The translations under genes and the position numbers were made by a program. From the NCBI GenBank assembly GCA_944322885.1, contig CALUQH010000017.1, positions 6,787 through 70,786 of the forward strand: a stretch of 64,000 nt of DNA, read 5' to 3'. The number at the start of each line of letters is the position of its first letter. Position 1 is the stretch's first letter. The DNA comes from Candidatus Gastranaerophilales bacterium (GTDB lineage: Bacteria; Cyanobacteriota; Vampirovibrionia; Gastranaerophilales; Gastranaerophilaceae). Under the pieces are notes generated by a model. That model did not search any database. It worked only from the letters and a program-made list of their open reading frames with translations, and was not told the DNA's origin. Below, piece after piece: positions 24,901 through 35,791 of the stretch.

Positions 24901-26754
24901 ATGAATTATAAAAAATTATTAATATCATCTATCGTCGTTATGACTGCGTTATCTACACAGGTGTATGCAAAAGAACTTCAGGCTCAGGTTCAAAAAAATA
25001 CAGCGAATGCAGCTAAACAAACTGCTGCCGCACCTGCGAAATCAGCAACCCAAATTTATCCGGAAATTGCAAGGCTGATTGAATACAACCACTGCGCAGA
25101 AGCAGATAATAAAATTCGCGAACAGTTAAATCTTAAACCAAATGACATTAATCTTCTTGCTTTAAGAACTGTTTCTATGGCTAAACAGCATAAACTTGAC
25201 CCTGCACAAAAAGAGCTTGATAAACTGCTGAAACAATACCCCAAAAACCCTACTCTTCATTATGCTCAGGGGCTTGTTTATCTGCAAAGAACCACATCTT
25301 CCGATGTTGACTATATAAAAAATACACGTGCACTTATAAATTCATCTCTCAGAGAATTTGTAAATGCAGTAAATCTTAACAGTAAATACTATGAAGCTTA
25401 CAATGCAATGGGTGTTGCAACTTTAAAACTCGGCAATACAAACGATGCAATGGATTTGTTTAATACAGCATTAAAGATTAATCCTTCATTTGCAACGGCT
25501 TACGATAATATAGGTGTTGTGGAAATGATGAACGGTAATTTGGATTCTGCCGAAAATTACTTTATGAAAGCTATGAAATACAATTCCCACAACCCGACTG
25601 CATGGTATCACATGGCTCAGGTTGAAACTTACAGAGGAAATTATTCAAAAGCTTTAACATGGGTAAACCACTCTGTTCATGTTAACCCTAATTCTTCACC
25701 TGCTTTGACTTTGCAGGGTGAATTATATCTTAAGCAGGGTAACCAGGCCGCCGCAATAAATTCTTTCAAAAAAGCACAGATTGTAAAACCGGAAAATGCA
25801 AGACCTTATCTAAACCTTGCAACAATTTATGAAAACCGTGCAGATGAAGAATTTGCAATGGAACAGTTGAAAACCGCAATTGCAATTAACCCCGGCTATA
25901 CAGAAGGCCGTTTGAAAATAGCTAACATGGCACTTCATATTAAAAAATATGATCAAGCTCTTGATTACTATTCAAAATTGGTTGGTGATGAAAATTATAA
26001 CGATGAAGCTATAATCGGTCTTGCCAATACATATTATGAAATGGCTAAAGAAAGAGGCGGTAACGAGGGCATAACTACTAACAAAGAAGTTTATCTTGCT
26101 TACGACTATGTAAACAAAGCTATTGAACAGTGCCCGAATGATTTAAAACTTCACCTTGCAAAATTAAAACTTGCAAGACTTGTCCACCAGGCTCCGCTTG
26201 CAAAAGACAGTCTTAACTATATTATTCAGGCTGCAGGCAACAACCTTATGGACAGCGTAATTAAAGGTGAGGCTTACCTTGCAATGGGCAGAGAAAAAGA
26301 TGCTGTTTATACTTTTGAAAACGCTATCAATTTCTCTAACAATGTTGATGATGATTTATACCTTGCTGAAATTCTTGTACATAACAAACAGTTTAGAACG
26401 GCAAGACAGGCCTTGCAAAAAGCTTTGATGAAAGACCCTGATAATGTTATTGCAAAAAATGGTATTGCGTATATTAATCTTTGTGAAATCAAATCAAATG
26501 AATTCTTTGATATTGCGCAAAGACAGTATCAGGAAAAGAATTATGCTTCAGCAATCGAATACTGCAACCGTGCTATAGATTTCTATCATAACAGTTCGCA
26601 GATTGCAAAACTGAAAGCTATGTCGTATGAAAAAGAACTCAACTACAGAGGCGCTGTTAAATACTATCAACAGTATCTGGCTATGAATCCTAACGCTTCC
26701 GATAAAGTTGAAATTCAAAAGAAAATAGAAAAATATAAAGTAAAAGCTCAATAA
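24901..26754 (+). CDS. Secreted tetratricopeptide-repeat protein
   Basis: Signal peptide; many TPR-like repeats (AYNAMGVA, AYDNIGVV, AWYHMAQV). Confidence 0.88.
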   Translation: MNYKKLLISSIVVMTALSTQVYAKELQAQVQKNTANAAKQTAAAPAKSATQIYPEIARLIEYNHCAEADNKIREQLNLKPNDINLLALRTVSMAKQHKLDPAQKELDKLLKQYPKNPTLHYAQGLVYLQRTTSSDVDYIKNTRALINSSLREFVNAVNLNSKYYEAYNAMGVATLKLGNTNDAMDLFNTALKINPSFATAYDNIGVVEMMNGNLDSAENYFMKAMKYNSHNPTAWYHMAQVETYRGNYSKALTWVNHSVHVNPNSSPALTLQGELYLKQGNQAAAINSFKKAQIVKPENARPYLNLATIYENRADEEFAMEQLKTAIAINPGYTEGRLKIANMALHIKKYDQALDYYSKLVGDENYNDEAIIGLANTYYEMAKERGGNEGITTNKEVYLAYDYVNKAIEQCPNDLKLHLAKLKLARLVHQAPLAKDSLNYIIQAAGNNLMDSVIKGEAYLAMGREKDAVYTFENAINFSNNVDDDLYLAEILVHNKQFRTARQALQKALMKDPDNVIAKNGIAYINLCEIKSNEFFDIAQRQYQEKNYASAIEYCNRAIDFYHNSSQIAKLKAMSYEKELNYRGAVKYYQQYLAMNPNASDKVEIQKKIEKYKVKAQ

Positions 26755-26784
26755 TAAATAATTCAACTACTACCAGACCGGGAT

Positions 26785-27039
26785 ATGAAAAAGTTCGATA
26801 TAAGAAAAACATTTGAAATATTTTTGAGAGAGCCCATCAGTGTATTAACTGAAGGGCTGTTTCAACTTGTGAGCATCGAGAATAATATATTTAACCAGAA
26901 ACCTTATGTAAATGTTGATTTTGTCAATAAAAAAACTCAAATAACCGTTGTTAACAGCGAAAAAATGTATAACCTGTTTCAAAAAGTTTTATTTAAAAAC
27001 AAGTTGAAAAAGCAGAAAGAAAAGGCTGCAGGTAAATGA
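26785..27039 (+). CDS. Hypothetical protein
   Basis: 84 aa ORF overlapping the engB start. Confidence 0.5.
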   Translation: MKKFDIRKTFEIFLREPISVLTEGLFQLVSIENNIFNQKPYVNVDFVNKKTQITVVNSEKMYNLFQKVLFKNKLKKQKEKAAGK

Positions 27040-27611
27040 TAAAATATATGCAGGCAAAATTTTTAATAAGCGCTGAAAAACTCTCGCAGTGTCCTTCTTA
27101 TACACTGCCCGAATTCCCGCTTTTAGGACGTTCAAATGTCGGAAAATCCTCGTTTATAAACGCGCTTGCAAACCAGAAAAAACTGGCAAAAACTTCCAAT
27201 ACTCCGGGGAAAACCAGATTAATAAACTTTTTCCAGTTCTCTGATAAATTTATGATAGCTGACTTGCCCGGTTACGGCTATGCAAAAGTATCCAAAGAAG
27301 CACAAAACAGATGGCAGAAATATCTGGAAGAATATTTACTTAAACGGGAACAAATATCTTCATTAATTCAGCTCATTGACGGCAGACATGAAATTCAAAA
27401 AAACGATTTTCAGATGAGAGAATGGGTTGAGGCTTATAACCTTCCGATATTCACTATTGTGACAAAAATGGATTACGTCCCGAAATCAAAAACATTGAAT
27501 GTTATAAAAAATGTTGAAAAACAATTTGGCGGAATTGTTTTACCTTTCAGTGCAGAAGATCACAGGTATAATGAAGGGATATTTGAACATATTTTGAATT
27601 TGGGTGATTAG
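27036..27611 (+). CDS. engB: Ribosome biogenesis GTP-binding protein YihA/YsxC
   Basis: GRSNVGKSSFINAL, TSNTPGKTRLINFF, DLPGYGYA, TKMD. Confidence 0.96.
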   Translation: MIKYMQAKFLISAEKLSQCPSYTLPEFPLLGRSNVGKSSFINALANQKKLAKTSNTPGKTRLINFFQFSDKFMIADLPGYGYAKVSKEAQNRWQKYLEEYLLKREQISSLIQLIDGRHEIQKNDFQMREWVEAYNLPIFTIVTKMDYVPKSKTLNVIKNVEKQFGGIVLPFSAEDHRYNEGIFEHILNLGD

Positions 27612-27760
27612 TCATCTTTATCACCTATTAACAGATACATAATCATGTCTAATCTGCTGTTAAGTTCCGTATAAGTTTAATAACAGACATCAAAATTGTT
27701 TTTTGCCGCTTCTTTACATATTTCAATTTCTCTTAAAATTCGTTTTTTATTAATTTCCAT
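27608..27760 (-). pseudogene. Homolog of the 51-aa ORF at 9055 with one in-frame TAA
   Basis: Hand translation MEINKKRILREIEICKEAAKNNFDVCY*TYTELNSRLDMIMYLLIGDKDD; TAA at 27677-27679 aligns with Glu; AGAGG RBS. Confidence 0.75.
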
Positions 27761-27777
27761 TATTATTAATCCTCTTT

Positions 27778-27822
27778 TGCTAGTGGTACTAATTGTGCAT
27801 ATTGTTAGTATAGCTAACAATA
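27778..27822. promoter_or_regulatory. Tandem operator pair upstream of XRE gene 2
   Basis: TGCTAG-TGGTA-CTAATT at 27778 and perfect TATTGTTAG-TATAG-CTAACAATA at 27800-27822 (core at 27803, 25 bp spacing). Confidence 0.65.
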
Positions 27823-27827
27823 ATTAA

Positions 27828-28040
27828 ATGAACAAGGCTTATTTACAAAAATTAGCAAATCGCATAAAGGAGCTTCGGGCAAAACAAGGATTGACTCAGG
27901 ACGATTTAGCCTCAGAATGTGTATCAAGAGGAATGATAAGCCTGTTAGAAACTGCAAGAACAGATATAACTGTTTCAAAATTAAAATGTATAGCTGATAA
28001 CCTTGGTGTTGATATGAAAGACTTATTTGATTTTGACTAA
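27828..28040 (+). CDS. XRE-family HTH regulator (controller-protein-like)
   Basis: IKELRAKQGLTQDDLA..VSRGMISLLETARTDITVSKLKCIADNLGV; paralog of 9356. Confidence 0.9.
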   Translation: MNKAYLQKLANRIKELRAKQGLTQDDLASECVSRGMISLLETARTDITVSKLKCIADNLGVDMKDLFDFD

Positions 28041-28047
28041 CTAATTA

Positions 28048-28617
28048 TTATATCCACTCAGGATAATAATTAATCTCTATTATTTTATTAGTCTTTAACC
28101 TTGCATGCCCGCCTTTTATAAAGTTTGTAAGCGAACCTGTCGGGGGAAGAATAGTGAGCGCCCATTTTAAAGGAAATACCCAGAGGCTTCTGTCCTGCCC
28201 GAAACGTTCATAGGTATAATCAATCTTACTCGCATCTATATTTTCAAATTTAAAATCCCCGAAAATTATACTTGCAGGAATACCGTTCATTCCGCTTGCT
28301 ATTATTGTTTCAATTCTGGCAGGGACTGTTGTTCCTTTCGGGATAATTATTTTTCCGTTGTAGACAACATCGCTTACAACACGAAATGTTACAGGCTGAC
28401 CTTCATATATGTGGTTTTCATCTTTGATATCTTCAGTAATATGCAGCCGTATAGGGATTTTTACAGTGCTTTCGTAATTGTAATTCAAGTGTGCTGCAGG
28501 TTTTTCCACATGAACACTTTTGAAATACGCATCAGCAAATTCATCTCTGACGACCTCCGAAAAACAGGGAAGCGAAATGCAGTATAGAAGTACAGCCGTA
28601 ACAATAAATTTATTCAT
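28048..28617 (-). CDS. Hypothetical exported beta-rich protein
   Basis: Signal peptide; EGQPVTFRVVSDVVYNGKIIIPKGTTVPARI resembles TrbI/VirB10-like beta domains. Confidence 0.65.
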   Translation of the reverse strand: MNKFIVTAVLLYCISLPCFSEVVRDEFADAYFKSVHVEKPAAHLNYNYESTVKIPIRLHITEDIKDENHIYEGQPVTFRVVSDVVYNGKIIIPKGTTVPARIETIIASGMNGIPASIIFGDFKFENIDASKIDYTYERFGQDRSLWVFPLKWALTILPPTGSLTNFIKGGHARLKTNKIIEINYYPEWI

Positions 28618-29305
28618 ATTTTAATTTTTCCTTAGAACCGCTTTTGATTTTTTCTTCAAGTAACTTTCTGTTATTTACGGAAGTCAGTAAAAAATTTTGA
28701 TAATTCGGATTTTCTAAATATTCATTATCCGCAAGATAAGAAGGGTATTTTGTAAAAATATATTCGTAAATACGTGCCAGTCTTTTAGAGGTCAAATTTT
28801 TATTTGAAATAAAATCCTGATAGTGCTGCGGAAAAGCCTTATTTATAAATGTGATGAGTGCAAGCGGGTTATATCCGGCTTTCACCATATAATCTACGGC
28901 TCTTTTGTCCGCAACAAGTTCAAATTTTTTCGGAGCTGCTTTTATTTGAAGTGCCGTAAGCCATCCATTGCCCATTCCGTCAAAAGTTCTTGAAGCATTT
29001 GAGATTTGTCTTGCAAGATATGCTGCAAGTTCATTATCATCTTCAATATATTTGTAATATTCATTAAACATTACAATCTGTCTGCTTGTAACAGTTGTAT
29101 CCATTTTTAAAAGCGAATCTTTCGCATCTTTGTCATAAACAAAAATTATTCTGCCCTCAATTTTATTTGCATTTAAAATTTCAGTTCCGACTTTGTTAAT
29201 TCTGCTTTGAATACTGTGTTCCTTTATAATTTCTTCATCAGTAACCGCAAAAGCCGCAGAGGTTAACAGAAATAAACCCGCAAAGATAATTATATATTTT
29301 TTCAT
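28610..29305 (-). CDS. Exported M48-peptidase-like protein lacking HExxH
   Basis: DDNELAAYLARQISN at the HExxH position; ELVADKRAVDYMVKAGYNP; ATG 29305 preferred. Confidence 0.7.
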   Translation of the reverse strand: MKKYIIIFAGLFLLTSAAFAVTDEEIIKEHSIQSRINKVGTEILNANKIEGRIIFVYDKDAKDSLLKMDTTVTSRQIVMFNEYYKYIEDDNELAAYLARQISNASRTFDGMGNGWLTALQIKAAPKKFELVADKRAVDYMVKAGYNPLALITFINKAFPQHYQDFISNKNLTSKRLARIYEYIFTKYPSYLADNEYLENPNYQNFLLTSVNNRKLLEEKIKSGSKEKLKYE

Positions 29306-29448
29306 ACTTAACTCCATTTTGATTTTAAATATCATATAGTAAATCATAATATTAGTCAAAATAAACATATAAAAATACATTAAATAAAGGATTAAAATGA
29401 CTTTATTGCAGGTTAAAATATAAATGGGTTAAGTAATATCTTTTAGGA

Positions 29449-29670
29449 GTGGCTTTTATGGAGGAAATTTTTTATCCGCAAAATAACGGCGAAATCTCAA
29501 ATTCTATTACCCAGAGTTGGACAGAACAGGCATTAGAATGCTATTCAATAAAATGCGACTGCTCAAAATGTTCTCTTAAAAACGGAAACTATTCTTTCAA
29601 ATGCCAGATGCCGAAAGTAATTGATATACTAATCGGTTCTGTCGGAAAACCGCGCATCAACCCCGCATAA
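29449..29670 (+). CDS. Small Cys-rich hypothetical protein
   Basis: GTG start, AGGA RBS overlapping, C-x4-C-x-C-x2-C-x10-C. Confidence 0.65.
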   Translation: MAFMEEIFYPQNNGEISNSITQSWTEQALECYSIKCDCSKCSLKNGNYSFKCQMPKVIDILIGSVGKPRINPA

Positions 29671-29710
29671 TGTACAGCTCCTTTTATTTTAAAGACAAAA
29701 TGTAATTCTC

Positions 29711-29734
29711 AGACGGATTTAGAAAAATCCGTCT
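29711..29734 (+). terminator. Intrinsic terminator
   Basis: AGACGGATTT-N4-AAATCCGTCT followed by a T-run. Confidence 0.8.
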
Positions 29735-29764
29735 TATTTTTTTATGTTTCTACGTGCGCAGCGC

Positions 29765-29792
29765 AAAAAAAACGCCGTTTTTCGGCGGCGTA
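29765..29792 (-). terminator. Intrinsic terminator for the minus-strand small-gene pair
   Basis: ACGCCG-N8-CGGCGT with a T-run on the minus strand. Confidence 0.7.
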
Positions 29793-29866
29793 AATGTATA
29801 TATGTATTGTTATAAATTTTTACTATCCCAAATCTCGGCAGCTGTTCTTCTTAACAGCAGAGTCTG

Positions 29867-30079
29867 CTATTTAGTAAAACCTTCTTTGTGAAACTTCACA
29901 AGCTTTGCAAGATGCCATTCTCTTGCATCCAGTTCATCTATTCTGTTTTTTATATCTTCAAGTTCTGCTAACAATGTTGTCAAATCTTTGCGCTGCGGAA
30001 CCTGAGGTGCAAAATGCTCCTCATCTTCGCACCACGAAATAGGAAAACAATTGTTTTCAAAAAGTTCTTTGTTATTCAT
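29867..30079 (-). CDS. Hypothetical protein with C-terminal coiled coil
   Basis: 70 aa, AAGGAGTG RBS. Confidence 0.75.
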   Translation of the reverse strand: MNNKELFENNCFPISWCEDEEHFAPQVPQRKDLTTLLAELEDIKNRIDELDAREWHLAKLVKFHKEGFTK

Positions 30080-30103
30080 TGCACACTCCTTAGTTAGTTG
30101 AAA

Positions 30104-30328
30104 TTATGCATTTTCTTTCTTTTGATACTGTGTGATAAATGCATGAATCATATCAACAAGATCAAATTTGCCGTACTTAAACGGATAGGGCTTATTTGCA
30201 TATTCACTGTCTGTAATTTTTTGTAAATCCCTAACCTGCTGATAGTCAAGTGAATTAAAATCAAAACTTGTCATTTCACCGTAATCTACCATCAAATCTT
30301 CCATATCAGTAAATTTTTTTTCATCCAT
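30104..30328 (-). CDS. Hypothetical acidic protein
   Basis: 74 aa, AAGGAGTG RBS. Confidence 0.75.
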   Translation of the reverse strand: MDEKKFTDMEDLMVDYGEMTSFDFNSLDYQQVRDLQKITDSEYANKPYPFKYGKFDLVDMIHAFITQYQKKENA

Positions 30329-30365
30329 GAGTACACACTCCTTATAAAATCTGTCAACAAAATGT

Positions 30366-30393
30366 ATATCGGAAAGGTTTTCGAAAAACTTTA
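30366..30393 (-). promoter_or_regulatory. sigma28/sigmaD-like promoter
   Basis: Minus strand TAAAGTTT..., TAAA-N16-TCCGATAT, one mismatch to the sigmaD -10 GCCGATAT. Confidence 0.65.
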
Positions 30394-30503
30394 AACTTTT
30401 TAGCGGCTTTGTTACATATTTTTACAAATCATTCATTTAGAGGTTTGACTTTTAATCTAAAATCATTAACATGACAGTACAAGGTAGAAATTGAGTGCGT
30501 AGT

Positions 30504-31052
30504 ATGGCTAATAATAATCTTCTTGCCGGTGTTTATGCCGGATTAACAAATACATATTCTTATCTTGCTTCTCAGTACCCGAACGGTTTAACACTGGAAA
30601 ATTTAACCGAAGCAAGAACCAACACATCCAATCTCGGGGTTTTAAACCAAACATTTGCATCATATCTACAAAACAACTTTGCCTCTATAGACGATGACGG
30701 AGATGGCATTATTACTTCTGACGAAATGAGCAATCTTTCAAACAGAATATCAACCCAAGGACTTACGAGAACTGAATTAACTCAATTGTATGCGTCAGGC
30801 TGCTCGGGACTTTCAGAAAGCACAATGTCAAAAATTCTTGAACATTTTGATGAAATGGATACAAACCATGACGGAAGAATTACGAGTGCCGAAATTTCAG
30901 CTTACGACATAAATTGTGCGAGAATGGAAGTGGAAGATGAATTTAATAATAAACGTGCAACTGATATGTCTGTATTTTACGGCGACAGTTCATCCTCTTC
31001 TTCTGATACTTACAGTCTTTTAAGCTACAAATACAAATCAAATAACGATTAA
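30504..31052 (+). CDS. EF-hand domain protein
   Basis: DDDGDGIITSDE and DTNHDGRITSAE canonical EF-hand loops; ATG 30504. Confidence 0.85.
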   Translation: MANNNLLAGVYAGLTNTYSYLASQYPNGLTLENLTEARTNTSNLGVLNQTFASYLQNNFASIDDDGDGIITSDEMSNLSNRISTQGLTRTELTQLYASGCSGLSESTMSKILEHFDEMDTNHDGRITSAEISAYDINCARMEVEDEFNNKRATDMSVFYGDSSSSSSDTYSLLSYKYKSNND

Positions 31053-31086
31053 TATACACACTTAACTTAGTAACATTTCGGAAAGG

Positions 31087-31112
31087 AAATGACTCCCCGT
31101 AAGGAGTCATTT
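31087..31112. terminator. Bidirectional terminator
   Basis: AAATGACTCC-N6-GGAGTCATTT. Confidence 0.85.
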
Positions 31113-31142
31113 TATTTTAATATTGAAATCGATATAATAAGT

Positions 31143-32462
<1,320 letters not shown>

Positions 32463-32529
32463 TCATAAAACTTTCAACTTTGCAAGTAGGTTATCTGGTT
32501 TAAATATATGATGTTCATCATAACAACAT

Positions 32530-33675
32530 ATGATAAACTTCTTAATTATGGATAAAACAGAATTACATAAAAAGTTTGAACAAATTTATTCTCAAAAACT
32601 GGAACCTAAGATTATACCGCTGGAACAGGAAAGGAAAGGATCTTCCAACGTATTAAATACCTGGGGCTGGATTGCTTGTCTTTTATTTTTAATTTCTATC
32701 GGGGGATTTTTATTATTCAAAAAAGCTAATATATTAATCCTTGTTATTCCCGCTTTCATTATATTCTTAATTGTAGGGAAAAAGCAGAATGATTTCAGAC
32801 GTAAAATAAAACACCAGCTTTTAATGGAGATTTTTTCATTATTCGGACAATTTAATTACAGTGATAAAGAACTTATTACCGAAAAAGAAATTCGTAAAAC
32901 AGGATTATTCCGCTATTTCAGGCATAAAACAGATGATGACCGAATTACCGGTAATTACAAGGGCATGGATGTAATGCTTGTTGAAACAAAGTTAACCCAT
33001 GCAGAAAAACGCAGTAATAATTATCAAAAAAACATTAACGAAAACGAAGCCATTGATTTTAAAGGCTTAATTGTAAAAACAGTTTTAAATAAACCTTACA
33101 AAGGGAAAACTCTTTTACATCAAAAAGCTATCGGGCAAACCGGACAAAAACAGGCAATCAAGTCATTTTTGTCAGAAGATTTTGGGGATGAAAAGGCTGA
33201 TAAAATAGCTAACTCAAAGGTTGTTGATGTCGTAACCGGAGTTTTGTCATTCGCGGAAAAAATTCCGGTAAAAAATGTGAAGTTGTCATCAGACGGGCTT
33301 TCGTTCGATTTTGGAAGAGAAAAAGAAACTAATATTGACAGAAAACTAAAAGAAGTCACCCTTGAAGATCCGGAATTTAATCAAATGTATGATGTGTATT
33401 CAGATGATCAGGTAGAAGCCAGATACATCATTACACCAACATTTATGGAAAGATTAAAAAACATAAGAGAAGTTATCGGAGGATTTGATGTCCATTGTAT
33501 GATAGAAGATAAATACATTACTTTATTTATCTCAACACCGGTAAATTTCTTTGAAGTAGGCGACGTATCAGTACCGCTTGATAATAAGCAAATTTACGAA
33601 AAAGTATTTATACAATTAATTTCAATATTTAATCTCATTCATTACTTTAAATTGGATAAAAAACTAGGCTTATAA
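32530..33675 (+). CDS. DUF3137-like membrane-anchored protein
   Basis: Two N-terminal TM, DDRITG, FKG, LEDPEFNQMYDVYSDDQVEARYIITPTFMERL; next to lemA. Confidence 0.7.
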   Translation: MINFLIMDKTELHKKFEQIYSQKLEPKIIPLEQERKGSSNVLNTWGWIACLLFLISIGGFLLFKKANILILVIPAFIIFLIVGKKQNDFRRKIKHQLLMEIFSLFGQFNYSDKELITEKEIRKTGLFRYFRHKTDDDRITGNYKGMDVMLVETKLTHAEKRSNNYQKNINENEAIDFKGLIVKTVLNKPYKGKTLLHQKAIGQTGQKQAIKSFLSEDFGDEKADKIANSKVVDVVTGVLSFAEKIPVKNVKLSSDGLSFDFGREKETNIDRKLKEVTLEDPEFNQMYDVYSDDQVEARYIITPTFMERLKNIREVIGGFDVHCMIEDKYITLFISTPVNFFEVGDVSVPLDNKQIYEKVFIQLISIFNLIHYFKLDKKLGL

Positions 33676-33689
33676 GAAAGGAATTTAAA

Positions 33690-34238
33690 ATGGAAATTTT
33701 ACTTTTAATTGTTGCAGTTGCAGTTATCGGACCTTATTTGGTTTATATTCAGCTTATCCAAAAGAAAAATAAAGTTAAAGAAGCTGAAGGAAGTATTGAT
33801 GTCCAGCTAAAAAAACGTTACGATTTAATCCCTAATATTTTGACTATTGCCAAAAAATTTATGGAACATGAAAAATCTTTGATTGAAGATATTACAAAAC
33901 TCAGAATGAGAGCGGCATCAGCTCAGGATATGTCAGAAAAAATAAAACTCGACAATACAATTAAAGGTAAAATGGATCAATTAATGGTAAATGTGGAAAA
34001 TTATCCGCAATTGAAATCAGATGCAACCATGGTTCAGGCAATGCAGACTTACGCCGAAGTTGAAGAACATATTGCAGCGGCAAGAAGATTTTATAACAGT
34101 GCAGTGAATGATTTGAATAACGCTGTCGAAATCTTCCCCTCATCTGTTATTGCAGGTATGCTGAATATCAAAGCCAAACCGTTCTTTGAAGTTCAGGAAA
34201 GCGAAAGAAAATCTATAAATGCTGCAGACATTCTATAA
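33690..34238 (+). CDS. lemA: LemA family protein
   Basis: IDVQLKKRYDLIPN, VENYPQLKSD, EEHIAAARRFYNSAV. Confidence 0.93.
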   Translation: MEILLLIVAVAVIGPYLVYIQLIQKKNKVKEAEGSIDVQLKKRYDLIPNILTIAKKFMEHEKSLIEDITKLRMRAASAQDMSEKIKLDNTIKGKMDQLMVNVENYPQLKSDATMVQAMQTYAEVEEHIAAARRFYNSAVNDLNNAVEIFPSSVIAGMLNIKAKPFFEVQESERKSINAADIL

Positions 34239-34260
34239 CAAAAATATAAAAGATATAATT

Positions 34261-34295
34261 AAAAAAACCTTTCAGCTCACGCCGGAAGGTTTTTT
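34261..34295. terminator. Terminator between convergent genes
   Basis: AAAAACCTT...AAGGTTTTT inverted repeat. Confidence 0.65.
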
Positions 34296-35676
34296 AATTA
34301 TCTGACAAATAACTGTGAAGTTTACTTTTAACTTTATAAATAATATGCTTTATACTGCCGAAATATCCAAAAAACATTATTGTAGAAGCACTTACCCAAG
34401 CAATAGGCCCCGCATAAAACATTCCGATATAACCGAATTTAATCGCCAAATATACAGCAGCGAATGCCCTCATTACAAGTTCTGCTATACAGGCCAGCAG
34501 AGGGAATAAAGTTTCTCCCATACCTTGCAGTGCATTCCTGTAAATGAATATTTGCCCGAGAAAGAAATAGAATAATGTGCTTATTAATAAATATTTGTGC
34601 GCAATGTCAATTATTTCTTTTGTGGTTGTCCCGATAAATGCCTCAATAACATCGGTTCCCCATATTCTCATTACAAATGCCATAAGAATACTCAACACTA
34701 TATTTATTGTAGAAGTTTTTATGACACCCAATCTTATCCTTTTAAATTTTCTTGCCCCGAAGTTTTGAGCGACATAAGCAGCCAGTGCGACTCCGAATGA
34801 CATCATAGGTAGTGTCGCTATCTGCTCGATTCTTAGGGCTGCTGTCAAAGCGGCTATTACGTTTGAACCGAAAGTGTTGCATACACTTTGAATAATCAGA
34901 ATACTTATCCCGATAATTGAAAATTGAACAGCCATCGGTACTCCGACTCTCAAATGTTCGTATGCTGATTCGTAAAAGTTTTTGTCTAATTTTATAAACC
35001 ATTCTGTTCTTCTTATATGCAGAATAGGAAATTTGTATTTTATAAAGAATATACAAAGGATTACAGATACAGCTTGAGATAGAATTACCGCAATTGCAGA
35101 GCCCGGAACCCCCAAATGAAATATCTGTATGAATATTAAAGCAAGTACAATATTAATTAATGATGCAACAATAAGGAAATATAAAGGCGTTTTGCTATCC
35201 CCCAATGCCCTTATTATGCTTGATAACATATTGTATAATGTTGTAATAATTAAACCTATAATAATTATTTCCACATACCAAAAAGCGTTATGATAAATGT
35301 TATCCGGTACATTCATCCAGTGCAAAATCGGATTAATAAAAATACTGCACGCTACAGAAAAAACAAGTGTAACAATGGTACTCAGAATTGTAGAAACAAT
35401 AAAAGAATTTTTAACACCATGTATATCTTTGGCACCGTATCTTTGTCCTGTTATTACCGCAAATCCGTTAGTTAAACCTACAATAATAAAAGTTATAAGA
35501 AAAAACACCGGCGCAACAGCTCCAACTGCCGCAAAGGATTCTACACCTAGTGTTCTTCCTACAATTACAAGGTCAGCAATGTTGTATAATTGCTGGAAAA
35601 TGTTGCCTATAAGCAACGGTACTGAAAAAACAAGGATATGTTTTAATGGGTCACCCTTGGTCATGTCGGTAATCAT
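34294..35676 (-). CDS. MATE-family efflux transporter
   Basis: PLLIGNIFQQLYNIADLVIVG, GQRYGAK, RALGDSKTPL, 12 TM. Confidence 0.92.
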   Translation of the reverse strand: MITDMTKGDPLKHILVFSVPLLIGNIFQQLYNIADLVIVGRTLGVESFAAVGAVAPVFFLITFIIVGLTNGFAVITGQRYGAKDIHGVKNSFIVSTILSTIVTLVFSVACSIFINPILHWMNVPDNIYHNAFWYVEIIIIGLIITTLYNMLSSIIRALGDSKTPLYFLIVASLINIVLALIFIQIFHLGVPGSAIAVILSQAVSVILCIFFIKYKFPILHIRRTEWFIKLDKNFYESAYEHLRVGVPMAVQFSIIGISILIIQSVCNTFGSNVIAALTAALRIEQIATLPMMSFGVALAAYVAQNFGARKFKRIRLGVIKTSTINIVLSILMAFVMRIWGTDVIEAFIGTTTKEIIDIAHKYLLISTLFYFFLGQIFIYRNALQGMGETLFPLLACIAELVMRAFAAVYLAIKFGYIGMFYAGPIAWVSASTIMFFGYFGSIKHIIYKVKSKLHSYLSDN

Positions 35677-35738
35677 AAAAAAATAACCTTTTTTGACAAA
35701 TTCTCATAAAATATTATAAATGAAAAAAATTTTTTTAT

Positions 35739-35765
35739 TAAAGTTTTTTTATCTGATGCCGTAAA
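35739..35765 (+). promoter_or_regulatory. sigma28/sigmaD-like promoter
   Basis: TAAAGTTT..., TAAA-N15-GCCGTAAA, 26 nt before ATG 35792. Confidence 0.55.
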
Positions 35766-35791
35766 ATATATAAAACGATAAAGGAAGTTTA

